A DNA stretch of 63,332 bases, counting the filler, from Octopus bimaculoides (Eukaryota), in NCBI RefSeq assembly GCF_001194135.2. It is 7 parts of 7 records of this genome, joined end to end, with 100 filler letters (N's around TTAATTAATTAA, not from the genome) between each part and the next. Parts side by side here need not be neighbours in the genome. Positions count along the whole stretch, not along the records: positions 51,023 to 57,185 come from NC_069002.1; positions 57,286 to 60,071 come from NC_068987.1; positions 60,172 to 62,178 come from NW_026370086.1; positions 62,279 to 63,332 come from NC_069009.1; 3 more parts are not named here. The stretch is one strand, 5' to 3'. Positions 53,852 to 63,332 of this stretch are shown piece by piece. Positions within the stretch are counted from its first letter, which is position 1. Each line of letters starts with the position of its first letter. The position numbers were made by a program, and so were the translations under genes. A model generated the notes under the pieces. It was not told the origin of the DNA, ran no database searches, and worked only from the letters and a program-made list of their open reading frames with translations.

Positions 53852-54128
53852 TTGCAGCGTAAAAGGTGTTTATAAGCCATTTAAGAAACACACAAAAACC
53901 GTTAGATTCACTTCAACATTTAAATTTAATTTGCAAAGATATTTTCGTCACTTTGAGACCGCGAACTGTTCACCGACAAAATTCCGTGTAGCACTCAGTT
54001 TTATCAGTGAACAGGTCGCGGTCTCAAAGCGACGAAAATATCTCGGCTAATTGAATTTAAATGTTGTAGTGAATCTAATGGTTTTTGTGTGTTTCTTAAA
54101 TGACTTATAAACACCTTTTATGCTGCAA
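53852..54128. mobile_element. Near-palindromic MITE-like element (~130-bp arms)
   Basis: TTGCAGCGTAAAAGGTGTTTATAAG...GAGACCGCGAACTGTTCAC is mirrored by GTGAACAGGTCGCGGTCTC...CTTATAAACACCTTTTATGCTGCAA around a short spacer. Confidence 0.85.
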
Positions 54129-54276
54129 TTGTTTTCGTTCCAGCACACGATCTCGGATCAGGTCGCTTGCTATGCAAGTACATCTCCGTAATTTGTTAAA
54201 TATATATGTTTAAATATTTCAGTGTTATTTGCGTTTTTGAGTAATTTAGATGACAATATATTCTCCGCACCCAATA

Positions 54277-54341
<65 letters not shown>

Positions 54342-54639
54342 ACATGCACATACACACACGCATATATACATTTGTGTATGTGTGTGCGTTCTATGTATGT
54401 ATACAATATATCATATACATACTTTTCATTATTTTATGCGTTTCAGCCCATAGTCTGTAACCATGCTGCGGCACCACCACTATTATCAGTTCTTTTACTA
54501 GCCATTCTCTTGTGTTTAGCTTTTGGTCAATTTGCTGTTTCATATAGCTAACCACTTTGGAGTTTAGGTCTTAATTATTTTTGTTGCGGTATGGTAGACC
54601 AAACTGGCTGATAGCTGAAGATTTGAGATTTTCCTGCAT

Positions 54640-55095
54640 TAGCTAGTTTGACTGTCTGTGTAACTTGTGGCTTATCTGAGAGAGCTACCATAAATAGCAG
54701 CCACCTGCAAGTGTCTCTGAAGCACTCCACTCCCTATTACAAACTGCCTGAAGAGGGCTCCATTGGCTGCCACAACCTGGCTTCTGTCTTTTAAGTAGTC
54801 ATGTAACCATTCTCCCAGTTTTCTGACTCGGCGGGTCTTTGTGACATATCAACGCCGGCAAAATCGATTACATATCACATCCACGTTTGAGCGATTTATT
54901 AGTTGTTTCAAACACCCAGTCATGAAGCTGTGTAGAGTAGCTTCTTCATAAGCGGAAGCCATGCTAGAGGTCAGGGAGAAATCATTATCTGCTGGGAACG
55001 TAATCATCTACTTCCTCAGCATGCTTTCCGAGATTTTGCTGATATGTGAAATTAGAGAGACAGGCCTATAATTTTTGGTGTCCGCTTTTCTACGT
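54640..55095 (-). mobile_element. Decayed CR1/L2-group LINE reverse transcriptase fragment
   Basis: Minus translation NYRPVSLISHISKISES ... LGEWLHDYLKDRSQVVAANG ... GSGV, with frameshifts. Confidence 0.85.
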
Positions 55096-56467
55096 CATTT
55101 CAGGATATATTACACCTTATTTTAACTTCTTTTATTCACATGAATTTCAGAATAAATAACTGTTTGTAATGCGGAGTACGGATGCAAAAGCCTGCGTATA
55201 ATTTTTGCATACTGAAATTAATATTAGATAAAGAAGCTTACGAAACGGCGGTAAGCTGACGAAAATATAAATCTATCTCCACCTCTCACACGTCCTTACT
55301 TTATATCCATGCCAAAACGAGTATGCGCGCGAGTGCAGTCTGTGCATATATATATATATATATATANNNNNNNNNNNNNNNNNNNNNNNNNNNNNNNNNN
55401 NNNNNNNNNNNNNNNNNNNNNNNNNNNNNNNNNNNNNNNNNNNNNNNNNNNNNNNNNNNNNNNNNNNNNNNNNNNNNNNNNNNNNNNNNNNNNNNNNNNN
55501 NNNNNNNNNNNNNNNNNNNNNNNNNNNNNNNNNNNNNNNNNNNNNNNNNNNNNNNNNNNNNNNNNNNTGACGAGCAAAGACTCAGAAACATGTCTCGGGA
55601 TGCAGGCTTAGCTAAATGGAGGTGCTTGTCTCCCTTTTGTAAACATAAGAACACAGGAAATGTGCCAAGGCCGACAGGAAGCGGTGCTGCTTCCTAGGGC
55701 TAAATAGCAGTAGTATTATTCCCTTCATGGGACTGTCACTTTAAGTTGACAGCATACAACTACTTCATATATATATACATATATATACGCTGCGGGGGGT
55801 TTAAGGAGTTTGATTCCCATTCACATGGTTCTAGATGCATTTGCATGGTGTGCAACCTTCGAAGACAGTTTTCTACTAAAGCCTCATTCCGACCAAAACC
55901 TTCGGAGTAGATATTTCAGATGAAACCGAAAAAGTCTGTTGTACATAGGTACGCGCACGTGTGTTTATGTGTTTGTGTATGTATGTGTGTACGTGTTTAT
56001 CTTTGTCATTGAATGTTAGATAGTAACAATGTGTATCTAAATTTGTGCATCTAATTTCAGTAAGTTCTCTCAAGAATGGACACAAAGGTAAAAAGAAGTG
56101 AATGAAGATTGGAAAAAATGTCTAAAGAAAGAAAATAAAATCTCCGTAATAATTCGAAGATATATTTGAGAAACATACAAAGGTTATTGCAGAAAAACCA
56201 CATGGCATACCGAATGTTATATTAAATTAAATTATCAACTATATTTATGAAGGAAAAAAATATTAAATTGGTTCTCTAGAAACTTCTTAGCTAGCTGGAG
56301 GTAAATGTATTTATGAGTCTAAAAATGTTCATATTAGACAATTTTCCATATACATAATTTCATCTAATTTAATTTTAATACATATATGTACACTAACATG
56401 CAGAAAAATAGTAAATTAATAAACCTCTGATTCAAATGTAATATGTGTAGAAGCTAAACACTACTAC

Positions 56468-56508
<41 letters not shown>

Positions 56509-56664
56509 ATAATAATAATAATAATAATAATAATGCTGTTACTAATTTATACATGAACAAGATTTATAAGTAAATGGAGGGTTTCGAAGATGTTCCAATG
56601 TTAAAAACAATCAAAAATGTGTCAGAACGGTTTTTCTTGATCAGCATTTCGCAAACTTCGCAAA

Positions 56665-57185
56665 TTTATTCTTGTGATTCAAGAGATTTAGATTAAGAGT
56701 TAATAGTGACGCAAATAATACCAGCGTCAGTCTAAAAGCGAAAGCTGGAGTATAAACTTATCCATTGCCAGTTATATTTCAACTGTTTACCGTCTGCCAG
56801 TTATATTTCAACTGTTTATAGTCTGCCAGTTATATTTCAACTGTTTACCTTGTGATTTATTCTTGTGATTCAAGAGATTTAGATTAAGAGTTAATAGTGA
56901 CGCAAATAACACCAGCGTCAGTCTAAAAGCGAAAGCTGGAGTATAAACTTATCCATTGCCAGTTATATTTCAACTGTTTACCGTCTGCCAGTTATATTTC
57001 AACTGTTTATCGTCTGCCAGTTATATTTCAACTGTTTACCTTCTGTCAGTTATATTTCAACTGTTTACCGTCTGCCAGTTATATTTCAACTGTTTACCGT
57101 CTGCCAGTTATATTTCAACTGTTTAACTTCCGCCAGTTATATTTCAATTGTTTACCTTCTGCCAGTTATATTTCAATTGTTTACC
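56665..57185. repeat. 191-bp tandem duplication carrying an expanding 29-bp minisatellite
   Basis: TTTATTCTTGTGATTCAAG at 56665 and 56856; TGCCAGTTATATTTCAACTGTTTACCGTC units, 3 in copy 1 and at least 8 in copy 2, running into the join. Confidence 0.92.
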
Positions 57186-57309
57186 NNNNNNNNNNNNNNN
57201 NNNNNNNNNNNNNNNNNNNNNNNNNNNNNTTAATTAATTAANNNNNNNNNNNNNNNNNNNNNNNNNNNNNNNNNNNNNNNNNNNNTGTACTTAAGAGCCA
57301 CCATGCATC

Positions 57310-57510
57310 TCACTGTCTAGTGAGAATGAAATCAATCTGGCTAGCAGAGTCACCTGATTGATAGGTTATCAAGTGGCCAGCTGGCTTCCTGAAATTGGTG
57401 TTGCAGATCAATAGTTTATTTGCATCGCAGAACTGCAGGAGCCTAGTTCCCTCTTCATTTCTGGTACTGACTCCATGGTTCCCATGTACACCATGGAAGA
57501 TACCAGGTTG
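57310..57510 (-). mobile_element. RTE-clade LINE AP-endonuclease fragment
   Basis: HGVHGNHGVSTRNEEGTRLLQFCDANKLLICNTNFRKPAGHLITYQSGDSASQIDFILTR. Confidence 0.9.
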
Positions 57511-57954
57511 CTGTTCGACATCATCATCATCGTTNNNNNNNNNNNNNNNNNNNNNNNNNNNNNNNNNNNNNNNNNNNNNNNNNNNNNNNNNNNNNNNNNN
57601 NNNNNNNNNNNNNNNNNNNNNNNNNNNNNNNNNNACCACAGCACATACCCAAGGCACACAGAGCTGCGATCGGTAGTGAAGTGAGAGCACGCTATAAAAA
57701 TAAAACTACTGAACAATAATAATAATACTGCTTTGGCTGTTACTACTACTACTCATACACCTACTAATACAAAAACTACTACTGCTGGCACTGTTACGAC
57801 CACTACTACTATTAATACTACAATACATACTAATAGTACAACTACTAGTACTACTACTACTGCTACTACTACTATTACTACTACTACTACTACTACTACT
57901 AGTGCTACTACTAATACAACTACTAGTACTTCTACTACTATTACTACTATTTCT

Positions 57955-58330
57955 ACGAAACAATGCGGCCTTCTGCCCTCAGTCATTATGTGTAATACCG
58001 TCCCGTTTTGGAGACTGATGTGCTCCGGGATTCCTTTGAAGCCTTCGAGCCTGATCTGGAGAAGTATCTCCAGATCCACCTGGCCAATCTTCCCTGGCAG
58101 CCTTTGTCACCTTTATGGGACGGTACCTGACCGTTGCTCGATTATGCATCCCAGAAACCACCACATGCTGGTTTAGTAAGAGGTCATTCAGTGCTTCATA
58201 GCGCGGGCTTCTGACTTAAAATGGTGCCGTATTGTATGCCCGTCGCTGTGTACTAGACATGATCCCTGACACATCTCAGTGCAGCTTCAATATCTGCTTG
58301 TGCTATTATTGCTGGTTTCTTTGTCTCTTC
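57955..58330 (-). mobile_element. Decayed non-LTR ORF1 (gag-like) fragment, tentative
   Basis: Broken frames DIEAALRCVRDHV*Y..GIQYGT, VRYRPIKVTK and GIPEHISLQNGTVLHIMTEGRRPHCF, the last resembling the lead-in to a CCHC knuckle. Confidence 0.4.
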
Positions 58331-59315
58331 TGAGATACATCTGAAATTAAACGATTTTTTTCTCCACTGCTTCAGTTGCCTCTTTTGGTATGGTTAAGTT
58401 GGCTCAGGTTTGCTCTTGCTTGATGAGCTTCTAGGCTTGGGCCAACATTTCCTCTTTGCTTGTGAAGTCTTGTTTGGCTGCTGCTGCAGCTGTGAACGTT
58501 TTCTGGTTGATGTTATTGTTGTTGTTGTTGATAATATTGGTGTTGTTGTTCTTGTTGGTGTTGGTTTTATTGCAATCGTTATTGTTGTTGCTACTGCTGC
58601 TGTTGCTGTTTGTTGTGGTGATGGGGTTGTAGCCACTTGTTTGTCTCCACCATCACTGCTACCACTGCTGCCTTCAATTTCTTCACCACTGCTATCGTTG
58701 GTTCTGCTGCCGCCGTCAGTGTTGCTATCACTGCGACTGCTGCTGGTATTGTTGTCGTTTTTGTTACTGTTACTACCTATCGTAGCGTCGCAGCCTTTGC
58801 TGTCTCCACCGACACTCCTGCTGTTTTTGTTGTAAATAATTTCATAAGCTTCGCGAGCTTTCATATTGCTTAGACTACTAGTGTTGCTGTTGTTGTTGTT
58901 TATGTTGTCGCTGAGATTGAATGACATAAAAGGGAAAAGTTTTCTTTTGTGGGAGGGCTTGTGAGAGAGATAGCTTACCCCCTCAGTGCTTCCATGGTTG
59001 CTGATACCGATGATAATAGTGATGATGACGATGCCATCTTGTGTGTTTCTGTTTTTTTTTGTTTTTTTTGTTTTTTTTAATAGAATATGGAGCGTTAAGT
59101 AAATAAATACTGCCTGTTACGAGGCAGAAATAGCCACCGATAGCCTATCAGCAGCTTCTTCATGTTCTTATTGTCAGCTTATAGGAACAATGAATAACAT
59201 TTGTACAGACAAGGTGAAAAAAACATAGTTTAAAGCGTAACTTACGAAGCGTGGTCGAAAGAAAGTCTTAGGTATCCCGCAGCGAATAATAATAAATAAA
59301 ATAATAATAATAATA

Positions 59316-59347
<32 letters not shown>

Positions 59348-59349
59348 GC

Positions 59350-59845
59350 ACCAGACAGTGGCTCTCATGGCTTCTAATCTTTACTGATTGGAAGTGTTAT
59401 CATACATTGTTTCGTCTTGGTATAAAAGATGGGCTACAGCGAATATTCTTCTCAGTACCACAGATTTGCTTGTCACTTGTTTGACCTTAACCAGTTGAGT
59501 ATGTCCCTTGGTGGCTGACGATATGTGCATCTCTGGAAACATGGGTGTTTCGTTCAACATCCTTTGGAAACATGAGTGTTTCGTTCAACATCCTTAAACA
59601 ACCCTTATTCAGGGACCTTTTGAGCGGGATGGGCTACTCGACCTGAAGAAAATTCTACCTGGACCCCCACCTGCAAGGTCATGCCCTATTTATCTTGATA
59701 AGAAACCACAACATCGCGCACATATGGTTGTGATGCATGTGCCTGGTGTTTTCGTATCAGACGGATAGTCATGATGGGTATACTGGGCTTCGTATATTTT
59801 ATCCCAGTGTCGCTTTGATGACATGCACTGCTCTCTCACTCAATA
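59350..59845. mobile_element. ~500-bp non-coding element flanked on both sides by (AAT)n/(AAC)n
   Basis: Complex sequence bounded by (TAA)n at 59285-59348 and (AAC/AAT)n at 59843-59910; internal 30-bp duplication GGAAACATG.GTGTTTCGTTCAACATCCTT. Confidence 0.55.
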
Positions 59846-59910
59846 ACAACAACAACAACAACAACAATAATAATAATAATAATAATAATAACAATAACAA
59901 TAATAATAAT

Positions 59911-60071
59911 TATTATTTTATGTTTGACTTTTGTTTTGCATTTGTACAAGTTGGATCCAAGTCTCACCCAGAGACCTCAAGAGACAACAAGTTAGAAGTT
60001 CATGTAGGTGTTATGCCTAGGGTACCATATATTTGGATTTGTACAGTTTTGTTCAAGTAAATGTTTAAGAA
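59911..60071 (-). mobile_element. R4/Dong-type LINE 3' UTR, second copy
   Basis: Diverged reverse complement of 63055-63210; cut by the scaffold join. Confidence 0.7.
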
Positions 60072-60171
60072 NNNNNNNNNNNNNNNNNNNNNNNNNNNNN
60101 NNNNNNNNNNNNNNNTTAATTAATTAANNNNNNNNNNNNNNNNNNNNNNNNNNNNNNNNNNNNNNNNNNNN

Positions 60172-60360
60172 ATATATATATATATATATATATATATACG
60201 ACGGGCTTCTTTCAGTTTACGTCTGACAAATCCACTCACAAGGTTTTGGTCAGCCTGAGGCTATAATAGAAGACACTAGCCCAAGGTACCACGCAGCGGG
60301 ACTGAAGTCGGAACCCTGTGGTTGGGAAGCAAGCTTCTTACCACACAGCCACGCCTGCAC
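60172..60360 (-). mobile_element. SINE family A head half, cut by scaffold join at the TA tract
   Basis: Homology on the minus strand. Confidence 0.85.
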
Positions 60361-61353
60361 CTAAGGTTGTTAACCTTTTTACTCGGAAGGACGCCTTTTA
60401 TATTTAAATGATTTTTTTTTCCCACGAACGCTAAGCTTTTGTAAGGTCTGTCTATGAAGTCAGTACTACTTTTGTAGATTCCCAAAGGACTACGGACCCC
60501 AGTTTGTGAACTGCCGTTCTGCTTGATCAAAAAGTATTGCAGAATACCCCGACTCAACTGCTTTCCCAGACGCATACCGTACACCATGCGCACTTAATAG
60601 ACACAAGCCACGACAGAGGCTGACAAAACACAGAAGCTGTGAAGCTCCAAACAAGAAGCGATGGTAAGGCTCTTTACAAAACGACATCCTGTCGTCTGCT
60701 TTACTCAAACCCAGGCCCCGAGAGATTGCTGGTCCGACCGACAAACGTTGCTATGTAAAAATAATCGTGTCCCCAGGATTAAGTTACTCGTGTCACCGTA
60801 AGAATATCACAACTACTTTTACTGCTACTACTACTACTGCTAATTATTATTATAATAACAATAACAATAGTTATGATAATGATAAATAACTTAGATAAGA
60901 CTGTTCATTATAAAATGAAATAATGAGGCATCTCATAATAACATTAATTACAGCAACTTGTTCGCTCTATCTTTTATATTTTCCTTTCTCTAATCGTCCT
61001 CTTTTCCCATTTCCGCCTCCTGTTCTTTGCGTGTGGGTTGTGTACGTGTGTACGTTAGTGTGTGTGTTTGTGTGTGTGCGCGCCCGCGCGTGTGTACTAA
61101 TGTAGGGGTCGTTAAGTAAAAAAAACTTAACCACAGTTTTTTTTATTATTGGAAGTACTGAATGCTTGGTGTAGAGCTAAATTGTTATAATAAAACGGCA
61201 AAGGGATTCGCTGAAACTTCCAGGTTGTAACTCTTTCCGGATTTCTTCAAACAATGAAGTATCTATCTACCTATCTACCTATCTATCTATTTATCTATTT
61301 ATCTATCTATCTGCTTGTCTGTCTGTCTGTCTGCCTGTCTGTATGTATATATG

Positions 61354-61386
<33 letters not shown>

Positions 61387-61889
61387 ATTTGTATATCTAT
61401 ACGCACACACATTTCAGTCTATTTTTTCTTCACGTCTTGCTGCTGTTTCTATCGTTGTTCCCCCTCCTCCTACCCTTCTCCTTCCTCCTATCCGTCTCCA
61501 TCCTTCTCCTCCTCCTCCTTCTCCTCCTCCATATAATCTCTCTACCTTCTCTGTTTTTATCTGCTCTTCTTACTAGATTTCATCTTCCTGTGGTTTCTAA
61601 CAACCTCTACGTTCCTTCCTTCCTTCCTTCCTTCCTACCTTCCTTCCTTTCTACTTCTTACGCTCCCCCTCCCCCCTCATCCCATCTCTCAACAGTACGG
61701 TTATTACGCCACATATATCTCTTCCTCTCAAGTTTCTGAAGATCAGTAAGCTATACTTCAAAATATATCCTTGATGCAGTAAGCATAAAACACACAATCC
61801 CGTCTTTAACCATCAAGTATTTCACTTCTAATGTTTACTTCCACCAAGTACAATTCCTACCACCAACTCTCCCCCTCTCTCTCTCTCTT

Positions 61890-61920
<31 letters not shown>

Positions 61921-62278
61921 TTCTCTCTCTCTCTATCTTTATATATATATATATATATATATTTCGTTTTTGGACTCTCCCCAGACACAACAGTATATAT
62001 ATATATATATATATATGTTTTTAATTTATATTAGCCCTTGTGGCCAATAAAACAAGAATTTATTATTTATTATTAATATAGAAAGGACTGAGGTAACTCC
62101 TCCTGAAGATATAGAGTCAAAATTAAAAGAAGAGTGACTTTCTATATTAACCAAAATGAAGTAGATTGACAAATTTATNNNNNNNNNNNNNNNNNNNNNN
62201 NNNNNNNNNNNNNNNNNNNNNNTTAATTAATTAANNNNNNNNNNNNNNNNNNNNNNNNNNNNNNNNNNNNNNNNNNNN

Positions 62279-63216
62279 ATACTCAGCAACAAAACAGGCA
62301 AATGGATATTTAAGTGAATTCCAAATACAAGAAATTCCAGGATGAGACGTACTAGAAGCAAGCACAGAATGTTTTATCATAGCAGCCCAAGATCAATGTC
62401 CAACTACAAGAAACTACCAGTCCAACATATCAAAAACGGCCTTAGCCCAACATGTGTATGTCAACAACAAAATGAAACCATTGATCATGTTGTCCCCATG
62501 TACAGTCTTCTTGCGCCTACAGAGTATCTCAACAGACATGATAGAGCAGCATCATATATTCACTGGTTAATTTGCCAAAACATGGACCTGCCCCATGATA
62601 AAAACCGGTGGGAACACAAACCACCTCTAATACATGAAAATGATCACATTGAACTCCTATGGAACATCACCATTCAAAGTGAGAGAAAGATAGATGCGAA
62701 TAGGCCAGGCATTATATTGAAAGACTTCAGATAAAAATCCTGCCTCCTCATTTATGACTGTCCCAATCGAAATAAATATATCAGTGAAGACCTAACAAAC
62801 ACTGAGCTATTATAAAGATCTTGAGATAGAAATTGGGCAAATTTTGAATCTCAAGACTAAAACAATACCTGTTGTTATAGGTGACTTAGAAATAATAGCA
62901 AAAGGGGTGATTCCTACCTTGCTCAGATACCAGGAAACTCCAAAGTGGCAGAAATTCAAAAGAGGGTTTTAATGGGAACTGCCCGTTAAATAACGTAACA
63001 TACTGTCTATGTAATTTCAAATCATAAAACTAACTCATAATTTCCTTCTTTCCTTAAATATTCTCTAGAACAATAATATGTGCAAAACCAAATATATGGT
63101 AACCTACGTATAACAGAAACATGAATCTCTAACTTGTAATCTCTTGAGATCTCTGGGGTAGATTTGGAACCTGTCTGTACAAAAACAAAGCAAAAGTTAA
63201 ACAGATAATAATAATG

Positions 63217-63253
<37 letters not shown>

Positions 63254-63273
63254 TAATAATAATAATAATAATG

Positions 63274-63326
<53 letters not shown>

Positions 63327-63332
63327 TAATAA
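62279..63332 (+). mobile_element. R4/Dong-clade non-LTR retrotransposon 3' end (CCHC finger plus restriction-like endonuclease) ending in (TAA)n
   Basis: CQQQNETIDHV...EYLNRHD.AASYIHW.IC...LLWNITIQSERKIDANRPGII...KDLEIEI...KTIPVVIG; decayed ORF ends about 63014; (TAA)n from about 63205. Confidence 0.92.

Noticed and set aside
58394-58927. 177-aa Ser/Asn/Thr-rich minus ORF
   Set aside because: It arises from degenerate GTT/GCT trinucleotide repeats; no domain or splice support.
60490-60744. 84-aa minus ORF or 42-nt minus micro-exon
   Set aside because: No recognisable motif, and it lies on a 2-kb isolated scaffold piece.

Overview
Eukaryotic, AT-rich, microsatellite- and SINE-dense DNA with many N gaps. 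The repeat landscape (tRNA-derived SINEs, RTE/CR1/R4 LINE relics, TA/GATA/CA repeats) looks like an octopus genome, probably Octopus bimaculoides-like (inference, no database check). The only gene I can identify with confidence is the last two coding exons of a PRDM14-like C2H2 zinc-finger gene (+; 11376-11486 and 12746-12907); its PR/SET and first zinc-finger exons are not visible. There is also an orphan 165-nt candidate exon at 7034-7198 and a CpG-rich promoter-like island at about 20.0-20.4 kb. The rest is mobile DNA: at least three tRNA-headed SINE types, relics of RTE, CR1/L2, R4/Dong and Penelope-like retroelements, a Ty3/Gypsy 5' LTR with PBS and gag start, a Tc1/mariner transposase relic, several MITEs and minisatellites. 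The most interesting signal is a set of hammerhead-ribozyme-like folds: a well-formed type I fold (51634-51742) downstream of a Penelope-like GIY-YIG C-terminus; a dispersed ~160-bp TA-anchored element (4 copies) carrying a minimal type I fold with a shared non-canonical core; and two more decayed candidates. Six 100-bp gaps contain an artificial TTAATTAATTAA linker, so the window is seven joined scaffold pieces and adjacency across those joins is not proven. No CRISPR array, rRNA or intact tRNA gene was seen. Repeat boundaries were read by eye and are approximate unless stated otherwise.
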